Below, piece by piece: positions 28,455 to 38,390 of a DNA stretch of 64,000 bases; the stretch's first letter is position 1, and every line of letters starts with the position of its first letter. This stretch comes from an uncultured Methylomirabilota bacterium (GTDB taxonomy: Bacteria > Methylomirabilota > Methylomirabilia > Methylomirabilales > 2-02-FULL-66-22), in assembly GCA_963705305.1 (NCBI GenBank), contig OY970067.1:160001-224000 (forward strand). The letters are read 5' to 3'. Below the pieces are notes generated by a model. That model saw nothing but the letters and a program-made list of their open reading frames with translations, was not told the origin of the DNA and ran no database searches. The translations under genes and the position numbers were made by a program.

Positions 28455-31012
28455 TCATAGCGCACCGCCTCCGCGATGGGAAGTCGCGAGGCGCGCCACC
28501 CGGGCAGGATCCCCGCCAGCAGGCTGGCCCCCAGGGTGAGCAAGGCGTACTCCAGGATCAGACGGCCGGAGAGCGCGAACTGGATCGTCCAGCCGAAGGA
28601 CTGCTTGTTGATCACGTGGATGAGGATGAGCGAGAGCAGCAGGCCGGCGGCGGCCCCCAGCAGGTTCGCCACCGCCCCCATGAACCCCGCCTCGCAGAGG
28701 ATGGTGCGGAGGATGCGCGCGCGGGTGAACCCGACCGAGCGCAGGATGCCGATCTCCCGCGTGCGCTCCAAGACCGACGCGATCAGCGTGTTGAGGATGC
28801 CCAGGGCCGCCACCACCAGGGCGATGATCTCCAGGGCATAGGTGATGGCGAAGGTCTGGTCGAAGATGTTCAGGATCCGCTCCCGGAGCGCGCGGTTGGA
28901 CAGGATCACGAGGTCCGGATGCTCGGCCAGCCGGTGGAGAATCTCCCGCCGAACGATCCCGACGTCGGCGCCGCCCTCCAGGTAGATGACGACGGAGTTC
29001 AACCACTGATCCTTCCACAGTTGCCGAAACAGCGCCTGATCCATCACCGCCAGGCCGCCTTCCGTCGTGTAGTCGTAATATACGCCGGCGATCCGCAGGC
29101 GGAGGGTCTTCCCCGGCGGGTGCAAGATCACCTTGTCTCCTTCGCGGACGTGGTATCGCTCGGCGAAGGTCTCGGAAACGATCAGGGCGCGGCGCGCCCG
29201 CGCCCGCTCGAGGATGGTGGCCGAGTCGCCCTGCCGGAACAATAGGCGGCCGCGCTTGGCCAGCAGATCGAAGTCGGCCGCCCCCAGGATGAAGCTGCCG
29301 CCCCCCCGGTCGTTGACGCGGAGGCTGCGCACGCCTCCCGCCTCGGCCACTCCGGGAATCGCGCGGACCTCGTCCAGCACGTCCGCGGGCAGACGCGCGT
29401 CCGCGCCCCGCATCAATCGGCTCCCCCGCGACAGATAGAGATCGGCCCGGATGGTCTGGTCGATCCAGACCTCCACCGTCCGCCGGAAGCTCTGGATCAT
29501 GGTGGAGACGCTCACCAGCATGGCCAGCCCCACCGCCATGGCCGCCACGGTCACCGCATTCCGCCGCAGCGCACGGGCGAGGTTCCCCGCCGCCAGCCGC
29601 GTCCCCAGGAGCCGCGAGCCGGCCAGCAGCCGCGCCAGCGGCCGCTGAACGCCCAGGAGCACGATCGGACACAGCAGGGTCGTCCCCAGCAGCAGGCTGA
29701 AGGAGGCCGCATAGCCGAAGAGGGGTCGGCCGTCCACCGGGCCCAGCCGCGCCAGGCCGTACGTGGCCAGCACCAGGATCAGGCCGGCCAGCGAGACGGA
29801 CCAGGGACGGAAGCGCCGCTCCAGGAGGGCCGCCGCCAGGCTCTCGCGGGGGGAGGTGGCGGCCGCCTGGAGGGCGGGGTGGACCGCCGACGCGATGGCC
29901 ATCCCGCATCCCAGGACAACCGCCTCCAAGAGGGCCAGCGGGGACGGTGAGGGCGCTTCGGGCCGAACGAAGGCATACAGCGACGAGACGGTCCGGCTCA
30001 CGGCCACGAGGGCGACCCGGGAAAGCAGCAGGCCGATAGCGACGCCCAGTAGCGACCCCAGCAGGCCCAACAGGCCCCCCTCGCTGGCCACCGCCAGCAG
30101 GATGCCGGTGCGGCTCGCCCCCAGCGAGCGCAGGATGCCGATCTGCCGCCGCTGCCGCACCACGGACACCGACATGGTGTTGTACACCACGAAGACGCCG
30201 ACGAAGAGCGCGACCAGGCTCAGCACGAACAGGTTGAGCTGGAAGGACAGCAGCAGCTGCTCGACCTGGGCGTTCCTGGCCTCCGGCCGCTCCACGGTGA
30301 CCCCGGGCGGAAGTCTCGGGCGCACTCGCGCCGTCACATGCAGCGGGTCGGCCCCGGGCTTCAGCAAGAGGTCCACGCGATCCAGGCGGCCCAGCTTGCC
30401 CAGGACGACCTGGGCCGCCGCGATGTCCATCACCGCCACCTGCCCGTCCATGGTGCGCGCGAGCCCCGTGTCGCCCAGCAGCCCGCGGACCACAAATCCC
30501 CTGGCCCCCGTGGGCGTCAGCAGGCGGATGGTATCCCCCGGCTGGAGGCCATGCGTCCGGGCGTACCGCTCGGTCAGCAGGATGGCGTCGGAGTCGGTCA
30601 GCAGGCGCAGCGGCTCCCGAATGTCCGGCGTGGGGCCCTGGTACTCCCGGACGCTGGCATCGTTCAGGATGTCCACACCCAGCACGAGAAGCGCATCCCC
30701 GTCCCCGCCGGCCACGGGCGTGATGGCCTGAACCAGGGGGACCGCCTGGGCCACCCCCGGCGTGCGGGCCAGCCGGGGGAAGAGCCTCTCGTCGATCCCC
30801 GCGTCGCCGCCGGTCACTTGCAGGCGGCTCTTGCCGGCCACGTGATCGATGCTCCGGCGGAAGGAATCGAGGACCCCGTCGTTGGCCAGGCTGATGGCCA
30901 GCACCACCGCCACCCCCAGCGCGACGCCGAGGATGGTGACGGAGCTCCGCAGTCGGTCCCGCGTGAGGGCCCGCCAGGCCACCAGGCGGATCAGATGAAA
31001 GAGTGCGCCCAT
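28451..31012 (-). CDS. FtsX/MacB-type ABC permease (AttF/G-like)
   Basis: Two MacB-type halves; RQIGILRSLG, REIGILRSVG, INKQSFGW and AEAVRYE. Confidence 0.92.
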   Translation of the reverse strand: MGALFHLIRLVAWRALTRDRLRSSVTILGVALGVAVVLAISLANDGVLDSFRRSIDHVAGKSRLQVTGGDAGIDERLFPRLARTPGVAQAVPLVQAITPVAGGDGDALLVLGVDILNDASVREYQGPTPDIREPLRLLTDSDAILLTERYARTHGLQPGDTIRLLTPTGARGFVVRGLLGDTGLARTMDGQVAVMDIAAAQVVLGKLGRLDRVDLLLKPGADPLHVTARVRPRLPPGVTVERPEARNAQVEQLLLSFQLNLFVLSLVALFVGVFVVYNTMSVSVVRQRRQIGILRSLGASRTGILLAVASEGGLLGLLGSLLGVAIGLLLSRVALVAVSRTVSSLYAFVRPEAPSPSPLALLEAVVLGCGMAIASAVHPALQAAATSPRESLAAALLERRFRPWSVSLAGLILVLATYGLARLGPVDGRPLFGYAASFSLLLGTTLLCPIVLLGVQRPLARLLAGSRLLGTRLAAGNLARALRRNAVTVAAMAVGLAMLVSVSTMIQSFRRTVEVWIDQTIRADLYLSRGSRLMRGADARLPADVLDEVRAIPGVAEAGGVRSLRVNDRGGGSFILGAADFDLLAKRGRLLFRQGDSATILERARARRALIVSETFAERYHVREGDKVILHPPGKTLRLRIAGVYYDYTTEGGLAVMDQALFRQLWKDQWLNSVVIYLEGGADVGIVRREILHRLAEHPDLVILSNRALRERILNIFDQTFAITYALEIIALVVAALGILNTLIASVLERTREIGILRSVGFTRARILRTILCEAGFMGAVANLLGAAAGLLLSLILIHVINKQSFGWTIQFALSGRLILEYALLTLGASLLAGILPGWRASRLPIAEAVRYE

Positions 31013-31129
31013 GCGTCACCGACGTTCGAGGGTTCGACGGCCCGCCCGCGCGGCGGTTCGGCCCCCGGGGCGATCGTGCGCCGCCGGCCGGCCCGGCGCT
31101 CCTGTGCCGTCGCGACGGCGCCGAGTGTG

Positions 31130-31801
31130 CTACCGTCTGCCGGAGATGACGCCGTCCTTCAGATGGATCAGGCGCCCCGCAAAGCTGGCGGCCTCCAGGC
31201 TGTGGGTCGCCAGAAGGATGGTCATGTCCCGCTCGGCGTTCAGCCGGGCCAGCAGCTCCAGGATCTCCCGGCCCGCCTTGGAGTCCAGGTTCCCTGTCGG
31301 CTCGTCGGCCAGCAGGATGGCAGGTTCGTTCGCCAGGGCCCGCGCGATGGCCACCCGCTGCATCTCCCCGCCGGAGAGCTCGTGCGGCCAATGATCCTTG
31401 CGCGGCAGCAAGTCCACCAGGCCCAGGCACTCCTCGGCGCGCTTCTTGGCGGCCGGTGCGCTCTTCCCTGCCAGCAGGGCCGGCAGGGTCACGTTCTCCA
31501 GGGCGGTCATCGTCGCCAGCAGGTTGTAGAACTGATAGACGATCCCGACCCGGTCCCGCCGGAACCGGCTCAGGGCCCGATCCGAAAGCCGGGACAGCTC
31601 GTGGCCGTCCACCCAGATCAGTCCTTCCGTGGGAGCGTCCACGCCGGCGATCAGGTTCAGCAGCGTGCTTTTTCCGCAGCCGCTGGGCCCCATGAGCGCC
31701 ACGAAGTCCCCGCGCAGGATCTCCAGCGAGATCCCCGCCAGGGCCGCCACCTTGGCCCCCGCGCCGTCATAGATCTTGGACACACCGACCAATCGAATCA
31801 T
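31130..31801 (-). CDS. LolD/MacB-type ABC ATP-binding protein (AttE-like)
   Basis: GPSGCGKST, LSGGEMQR and ADEPTGNLD. Confidence 0.92.
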   Translation of the reverse strand: MIRLVGVSKIYDGAGAKVAALAGISLEILRGDFVALMGPSGCGKSTLLNLIAGVDAPTEGLIWVDGHELSRLSDRALSRFRRDRVGIVYQFYNLLATMTALENVTLPALLAGKSAPAAKKRAEECLGLVDLLPRKDHWPHELSGGEMQRVAIARALANEPAILLADEPTGNLDSKAGREILELLARLNAERDMTILLATHSLEAASFAGRLIHLKDGVISGRR

Positions 31802-32070
31802 GCCCGGGACCCGTTGGCGCTTCCCGTTTCCGGAGGCCGAAGTCCGCCGATGCTCCGTGCGGTCGCGGGCCGCTTCTCTCGGCGCCGGATCTCTCCCCGG
31901 CCTTCCCGGTGGCCCGGAATCCGCCCGCCCTGCTCTGGCGACGGTGCCCATGTTGCCGTTCTGCGGCTGAAGCGTCAACAGGAATTAGGGGGTTCCCGGC
32001 AGGGGCAGAGCAGGGCTCGGCGCAAGCGTCGTCCGCGCCGGTCCCCCGGTTCCTCGGGGCCGATCGGCAG

Positions 32071-32110
32071 TTGACAGTGGGGCTAAGGCATGGTAAGCAA
32101 ATACTCACTA
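32071..32110 (+). promoter_or_regulatory. Sigma70 promoter with overlapping TetR-type operator
   Basis: TTGACA-N17-TAAGCA; imperfect palindrome TGGTAAGCAAATACTCACTA at 32091-32110. Confidence 0.55.
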
Positions 32111-32168
32111 TGTGGGAGGATTTCCCCGGCGGGCGCTCTCGTCAGGCCCTTTCACGGGAGATACCAGC

Positions 32169-32774
32169 ATGAAGCCACGTTTGTCTGGCGCGGAGCGACG
32201 CCGACAGATCATCCAGGCGGCGGCTGCCTTGTTCTCGAAAAAGGGATTCGGCGGGACGACCACCCGGGAGGTCGCACGCGCTGCGGGGGTCAGCGAGGCG
32301 ACGGTCTTCAAGCACTTCGCCACCAAGGAAGAACTATACGCGGCTATCATCGAGGCCAAGTCCCAGACCCGGCAGATCCTGGATCCCGCCATGTCGGCCT
32401 CCGGCCAGCGGGACGATGCGCACCTGCTGCGGACCCTGGCCCGCGCGATGATCGACCGGACCAAGGCGGACCCGACCCTGATGCGACTGCTCACCTTCAG
32501 CGCGTTGGAGGGCCACTCGCTGTCGGAGATGTTTTTCCGCTCCCGCTTCCAACAGCTCAACACCTTCTTCAGCAGCTACATCGCCGAGCGGGTGGCCGCC
32601 GGGGCCTTTCGCCCGGTGGATCCCACGCTGGCAACCTGGAACTTCATGGGAATGGTGGCCTACCACGTCCAGCTGCGGGAGCTCTTCGGCCAGAAACTTC
32701 CTTCCCACCTGACCACGGAGCAGGCCGTCGAGGAGATAGTCGCGCTCTTCCTGGGCGGCGTCCGCCGCCCGTGA
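32169..32774 (+). CDS. TetR/AcrR-family regulator
   Basis: FSKKGFGGTTTREVARAAGVSEATVFKHFATKEEL HTH. Confidence 0.95.
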   Translation: MKPRLSGAERRRQIIQAAAALFSKKGFGGTTTREVARAAGVSEATVFKHFATKEELYAAIIEAKSQTRQILDPAMSASGQRDDAHLLRTLARAMIDRTKADPTLMRLLTFSALEGHSLSEMFFRSRFQQLNTFFSSYIAERVAAGAFRPVDPTLATWNFMGMVAYHVQLRELFGQKLPSHLTTEQAVEEIVALFLGGVRRP

Positions 32775-32835
32775 CGCCGGCGGGCGCCCTCGCTGGGTAG
32801 GTCCGGACTCACTGGCCCGCCGGCCGGATCCGCGG

Positions 32836-33558
32836 TCAGTTCCTCCGCGCCCCGATCCCAAGATAGGTCTGCCGCACCAGGTCGTTCCGGAGCAGCCCGC
32901 TCGCCGTATCGCAGAGCACGGTCTGTCCCATCCGCACGACGTAGCCCCGGTCCGCGATGGTAAGCGCCATGCGGGCATTCTGCTCGACCAGCAGGATGGT
33001 AGTGCCGGACTTGGCAATACTCTTGATCGCATCGAACGTCCGCTCCACCATCACGGGGGCCAGGCCCATCGAGGGCTCATCCAGCAGCAGCAGCTTGGGT
33101 CGGGACATCATGGCTCGCCCCAACGCCAGCATCTGCTGTTCGCCGCCCGAAAGCGTTCCTGCCAGTTGCGTCCGCCGGTCGCGCAGGATCGGGAAATAGC
33201 CGAAGATCTGGTCCACCGTCTCCGCCAGCCAGCGCTTGTCGCGGCGGCGGATGAAGCCCCCGATCTCCAAGTTCTCGTGCACTGTCATGGCACTGAAGAC
33301 CTTGCGACCCTCCGGGACGCAGGAGATTCCCAATCGCACGATGTCCGACATCCGGAGGCGGGTGATCGCCTGCCCCAGGAACTCCACCTCGCCCTGCGTC
33401 ACCGGCAAGGCGCCGGTGACGACTCGGAGGGTCGTGGTCTTGCCGGCGCCGTTGGCGCCGATCATGCACACGATTTCCCCTTCACGGACCTCCAGCGAAA
33501 GCCCGAACAGGGCGCGGACACTTCCGTAGGCGGCCTCCACGTCCCGAAGGCTCAGCAT
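32836..33558 (-). CDS. livF: ABC ATP-binding protein
   Basis: GANGAGKTT, LSGGEQQM and DEPSMGLAP. Confidence 0.93.
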   Translation of the reverse strand: MLSLRDVEAAYGSVRALFGLSLEVREGEIVCMIGANGAGKTTTLRVVTGALPVTQGEVEFLGQAITRLRMSDIVRLGISCVPEGRKVFSAMTVHENLEIGGFIRRRDKRWLAETVDQIFGYFPILRDRRTQLAGTLSGGEQQMLALGRAMMSRPKLLLLDEPSMGLAPVMVERTFDAIKSIAKSGTTILLVEQNARMALTIADRGYVVRMGQTVLCDTASGLLRNDLVRQTYLGIGARRN

Positions 33559-33564
33559 CTCAAT

Positions 33565-34341
33565 CTACCCTACTTTCTCGTGTTGGGCTCCGAGATAGGC
33601 CGTGATGACCTCCGCGTTTTCCTGGACCTCCTTAGCGGAGCCCTCTGCGATCTTCTTCCCGTAGCTGAGGACGATGATGTGCTCCGCGACGTTCATCACC
33701 AGCCGCATGCGATGTTCGACCAGGAGGAGTGTCACGCCTCGCTTCTGGATGGTGTGCACTAGGTCGATCACCCGGTCGATCTCCTCCTCCGACATGCCGG
33801 CGGCGGGCTCGTCCAGAAAGAGCAGCTTCGGCCGAGTGGCCAGCGCCCGCGCAATCTCGAGCAGCCGCCTGGGGCCGTAGGGCAAGCTCTTGGCGAGCAT
33901 GTGAGCTTTGTCCTGCAGCCCCACCAGCTCCAGCAACTCCCAGGAGCGCTCCAGCGCCTCTCTGTTCTCGCGCTGGCCGGCCCGGGTTCGTAGGATCGTC
34001 CGGAGAAATTCCACCCGGCTGTGGAGGAACTGCCCCATCAGCACATGGTCGAGCACGGTCAGCGTTTCGAAGAGGCGGAGATTCTGAAAGGTCCGGGCCA
34101 GTCCCGCCTGCACGATCCGCTCTCGCGATAGCCCATCAATGCGCTGTCCGCCGAAAAGGACGGTGCCCGCCGTCAATCGATAACATCCCGTGATCAGGTT
34201 GATGCAGGTGGTTTTGCCGGATCCGTTGGGCCCGATAATGGCCTGAAGCCCTCCCTGCGGGATGCCGAAAGACAGCTCGTCCACCGCCTTGACGCCGCCG
34301 AAATGCTTGCTGATCTGGCTGACCTCGAGGAGGTTAGCCAC
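33565..34341 (-). CDS. livG: ABC ATP-binding protein
   Basis: GPNGSGKTT, LPYG and LDEPAAGM; GTG start inferred. Confidence 0.9.
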   Translation of the reverse strand: MANLLEVSQISKHFGGVKAVDELSFGIPQGGLQAIIGPNGSGKTTCINLITGCYRLTAGTVLFGGQRIDGLSRERIVQAGLARTFQNLRLFETLTVLDHVLMGQFLHSRVEFLRTILRTRAGQRENREALERSWELLELVGLQDKAHMLAKSLPYGPRRLLEIARALATRPKLLFLDEPAAGMSEEEIDRVIDLVHTIQKRGVTLLLVEHRMRLVMNVAEHIIVLSYGKKIAEGSAKEVQENAEVITAYLGAQHEKVG

Positions 34342-35329
34342 GGGCGTCCTCTCCGGCGGGAGATGGTTTCTTCGACGAGCCCCAGAGGTGGCGGCAGAGT
34401 TGGACTGCATTCTCGATGAAGACGACCAGCCCGCCGGGCTCGAACAGCATGACCAGGATGATGAAAAGGGCGAAGACTGTCAGGTACTTCTCCTTCAGGG
34501 GGCGCAGGACCTCGATGGCCCCCGTCAAGAGGATTGCGCCCAGCACGGAACCCGGGACCGACGAGAGGCCGCCGACCACCAGCATGCAGAGGAAGATCGA
34601 GTTGTAGTTGAAGGTGAAAATCTCGGGGCTGATGAACACATTGAACGCGGCAAAGAGCGCCCCCGCAATCCCGGTGTAGAGCCCGCACAGAACGAAGGCC
34701 AGCACCTTCAGATACGTGGAGGAGACGCCCACCATCTCCACCGCCAGCTCATCGTCGCGAACCGCCTTGAACGCCCGCCCAAACCGGGAGTCCTCCACCA
34801 GGATGGTCAGCCAAGCCAGGGCAAAGGCGAACGCCCAGCACAGATAGAACATGTGGAGGTTCTGGGTGAGCACGAAGCTTCCCAGCGCCGGCCGTGGGAT
34901 GCTGGGGATCCCCCAGACGCCGCCGGTGAAGGACATCCAGTTCTTCAGGACATCCCCCACCACGATGATGAATCCCATGGACATGAGCGCGAGATACGCG
35001 CCCCGCACCCGGAGGGTCGGGATTCCCATCAGGAGCGACAGCAGGGCCGTAACGAGGACGGCGAACGGCAGCGAGCTCCAGAATCCCCAGCCAAGCTTCA
35101 TGAAGAGCATCCCGTATGTGTAGCTCGCCACCGCGAAGAAAGCGATCGTCCCCAGAAAGACCTGGCCCGCGAAGCCGAGGATATAGTTCAGCGCCAACAC
35201 CAGGATGATGTTGATGGCCACCGTATTCAGCACGAAGATGACGTAGGGGGCGGAGGTGGCGAGCGGCACAAGCCCCAGGAGGAGGAAAAGTGCGAGGGTC
35301 GTTCCGTTCCGGACGCCGGTCCTGATCAC
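34334..35329 (-). CDS. livM: LivM-type permease
   Basis: LRVRGAYLAL and AVRDDELA; GTG start after GGAGG inferred. Confidence 0.9.
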   Translation of the reverse strand: MIRTGVRNGTTLALFLLLGLVPLATSAPYVIFVLNTVAINIILVLALNYILGFAGQVFLGTIAFFAVASYTYGMLFMKLGWGFWSSLPFAVLVTALLSLLMGIPTLRVRGAYLALMSMGFIIVVGDVLKNWMSFTGGVWGIPSIPRPALGSFVLTQNLHMFYLCWAFAFALAWLTILVEDSRFGRAFKAVRDDELAVEMVGVSSTYLKVLAFVLCGLYTGIAGALFAAFNVFISPEIFTFNYNSIFLCMLVVGGLSSVPGSVLGAILLTGAIEVLRPLKEKYLTVFALFIILVMLFEPGGLVVFIENAVQLCRHLWGSSKKPSPAGEDARG

Positions 35330-35340
35330 GCCCAACCTCC

Positions 35341-36219
35341 CTAGAGGCCACTCTCTTCCGCGCGCGTCCCGAAGAGTCCCTCCGGCCGGAGCAGGAGAAA
35401 CGCGATGATGACGACGAAGGCGATGGTGTCCTTGTAGAGGGAAGAGATGTAGGCGGCCCCCAGAGTCTCGACAAGTCCCAACAGGACGCCGCCGGCCATC
35501 GCCCCTCCGATGCTCGAGAAGGAGCCGATGATGCACGCCCCAAATCCCTTGAACCCGATGTTCTGCAGGAAGGGGTCGATGGAATAGAAGGGGGCAATGA
35601 GCGTCCCCGCCAGCCCTCCCAGGACCGAACTATAGGCGAAGATCAGCGAGATGGTCAGGTCCGTCTCGATCCCCATCAACGCCGCCGTGTCCCTGTCCAG
35701 CGCAACAGCGCGCATGACCTTGCCCACCATGGTGCGCTTGAACATCCAATTTTGCAGGAGGAGTAGCAAGCCCGTGGCCACGATGATGAAGACGGACTGA
35801 TGGAAGATGGCGATCGACCCGATGTGGAAGGTTGCCTGGCCGAAGAGGCCGGTCGTCCCCTGTGGGTAGGCGCCCCAGACGATCAGGGCGAGATTCCCGA
35901 GGAGCATCCCCAGCGCCACCAGGCTCACCAGGACTGTCCGAATATGTGCCCGCTTGAACGGGCGGAAGAAGAAGCGCTCGCACACCATCCCGAAGAGGCC
36001 CATGCTGAGGATCAGCACCGGCAGCGACACCGCGAAGGAGGCGTGAAGGTGGTTGGTGAGCGTGACGCCATAGATGAACGCCCCGATCATGACGAAGCTG
36101 CCCTGGGCGATATTGATCACGCCAACGGCGTTGTACAGGAAGCTATACCCCAGGGCGATCAGCCCGTAGACACAGCCCAGCGCCAGCCCCGACACGAGTT
36201 GCTGCAAAAAGATTCCCAT
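35341..36219 (-). CDS. livH: LivH-type permease
   Basis: YGLIALGYS...INIAQG and RPEGLFG. Confidence 0.92.
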   Translation of the reverse strand: MGIFLQQLVSGLALGCVYGLIALGYSFLYNAVGVINIAQGSFVMIGAFIYGVTLTNHLHASFAVSLPVLILSMGLFGMVCERFFFRPFKRAHIRTVLVSLVALGMLLGNLALIVWGAYPQGTTGLFGQATFHIGSIAIFHQSVFIIVATGLLLLLQNWMFKRTMVGKVMRAVALDRDTAALMGIETDLTISLIFAYSSVLGGLAGTLIAPFYSIDPFLQNIGFKGFGACIIGSFSSIGGAMAGGVLLGLVETLGAAYISSLYKDTIAFVVIIAFLLLRPEGLFGTRAEESGL

Positions 36220-36300
36220 GGTCCCTTCCGCGGGCGAGAAGAGGGGGGGCGCCCGCCAACCGCCCCCCCCCGACGCCGCATTGCCGGCACAGGATCCTGA

Positions 36301-37446
36301 CTACTCTCCCGACACCTTCATGATGACCTTTTGCTTCAATTTCACGTAGGTGATCAGGATCAATTCGTGGATGGTCTCGCCGTTCGGCGACACGTTGTAC
36401 GTCAGGCCGGTCCCCCCCGTATACCCCTTGATCGCCCTGAACGCATCCCGCATCTTGAGGTGATTGGCGGGTCCGCCGGCCTCCTTGGTGGCCTGGGCCA
36501 GCATCTCGATGGCATCGTAGGAGAGCCCTGAGAAGAAATCGAGGGGGGGCGTGCCGAATTTGGCCTTGAAGGCCGCGATGAACTTCTGCACCTTCGGATC
36601 CGGGTTCGTCTCGGTGTATGGGACGACGGCGAACGTGCCGTTCGCGGCGTCCCCGGCGACATCCATGAAGGGCTTGGTTGCCCCTACCGACGACATGAAG
36701 ATCTTCACCTCAGGAATGAGCTGGCGGGCCTGCTTCACCATGATGCCGAGATCGGGCACCCCGGAGATCAGGACCACGCCGTCGGCTCCCGCCTTCTTCA
36801 CATTGAGTAGCTGCGAGGTGAAGTCCTTATCGCCTGCATTATGGGCCTCCGACGCCACCAGCTTCAGGCCCTTGGGAGCCAAGGCCGCGATGAGGTTGTC
36901 ACGGCCGCCCATGCCGTATTGGTCCGACTGGTAGATCACCCCGATCTTCTTCAGGCCCGCCTTGTCCACCATGTAATTGGCCAGGACCTTCCCGGTCAGC
37001 AGATCGTTCTCGCGGACGCGGACGATCCAGGGATTCTTCAGCTCCGTCACTTTCTGGGCGCTGCCCATGGCGATGTCGAGGATCTGGTTCTGCATCATGA
37101 GATCGGCCGTGGCGAGGACGACGGTGCTGGCATGACACCCCAGGATGGCATCCACGCGATCGTTGAAGACCAGGCGCTGCGCCAGCGTCCGTCCGATGGA
37201 GGGAGACAGCTCATCGTCATACCAGACCATCTGCAGCTTGTAGCCGTCGACACCCCCCGCCGCGTTGATCTCATCGACGGCCACGCTCGCTCCTGCCTGC
37301 ATCGATTGGCCGAATCCCTGCTGCAGCGCCGCGAGGCCGCCGATCTTGAAGATCTTCTCGGCCGCGGAGGCGGAGGAAACCGCTAGGACAAACAGGAGAC
37401 AACAGAAGAGGGTCGACCAAAAACACACCTTGGTCCGCGTAGCCAT
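36301..37446 (-). CDS. livK: LIV-type substrate-binding protein
   Basis: Signal peptide, AVDEINAAGGVDG and DFTSQLLNVK. Confidence 0.92.
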   Translation of the reverse strand: MATRTKVCFWSTLFCCLLFVLAVSSASAAEKIFKIGGLAALQQGFGQSMQAGASVAVDEINAAGGVDGYKLQMVWYDDELSPSIGRTLAQRLVFNDRVDAILGCHASTVVLATADLMMQNQILDIAMGSAQKVTELKNPWIVRVRENDLLTGKVLANYMVDKAGLKKIGVIYQSDQYGMGGRDNLIAALAPKGLKLVASEAHNAGDKDFTSQLLNVKKAGADGVVLISGVPDLGIMVKQARQLIPEVKIFMSSVGATKPFMDVAGDAANGTFAVVPYTETNPDPKVQKFIAAFKAKFGTPPLDFFSGLSYDAIEMLAQATKEAGGPANHLKMRDAFRAIKGYTGGTGLTYNVSPNGETIHELILITYVKLKQKVIMKVSGE

Positions 37447-38390
37447 AATGCCTTCCTCCATGTGTTGCGTTGATCCCTTCGGCCTACCCCCCTCCCCGAC
37501 TCTGTTTTTCTCCTTCCTCACTCTCACTTCAATGTCGTCTGCCCATTTGGTGCGGGGATCAGAACCGGGAGGAGTCCTCCTTTCCGCCTGCCCTGCAGGC
37601 TGCCCGCCGCCGGGCCCGGATCTCCGCGGGAACGCGCAGGCCAGCCGGGCCGTCGGGGAGAGACCGGCCGCCCCCAAGCAAAACGCGCCGGCCTTGATGT
37701 TGCGGAGTATTTCGTGAGGATGGCCGGCCGTGACCCACAACTCCCCGACCCTCACCCCTCCTCCAAGGGGGAGGATCCGCGTGGGGCTTGCGAGGTCGCC
37801 TCCGTCGAGGCGGCCGGCAACCAGTAAATGATGGCGGCGATGCCTTTCCGGAGAGGAAGTCCCCCAACCGGTGAGACGGAGTGGCCCCTTGTTGGATTGC
37901 CCCAACGCAACCATAGGCCCTCTGAGCCACTCGACACTCGCTGGGGACTTGCGATCCCGTGGAGCGGCCGTGGAGGACGTGCCAGGGGCCGGGTCGGGGT
38001 CTTCCAGCTTCAGCACCGCGTGCCCCATCCCAGAGCGCAGATGATCTTTTCTTGCTCCCCGACGGCCATTTGCCCTGGCGCCATCTCAACCCCATTCGGC
38101 TTGATGGCGACCGGTGATGCGAATACACCCAATGACGAAAGAAAGTCAAGGACATGTTCGGCGCATGTGCACATATCTGTTCATTCTCACCCCCCTGGAG
38201 GGGACGCATCCGGGCGGAGCGGGGAAACTTCCCTGGGAAGGTTCGGGCGGCGCGCAGGGAGAGGTTCCTCGATGGTGCGGAACGGGAAGACCGACTGATC
38301 CAGCGAGGGGAGATCGATATTGTTACGATGTTCTGGACGCCCGCGCCTCAGGGAACACGCGAATGCAGCGCTCCCTTGCCGCCGGCGGGC

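Noticed and set aside
37750..37776. CCCTCACCCCTCCTCCAAGGGGGAGGA REP-like hairpin
   Set aside because: Single, partial copy in this window.
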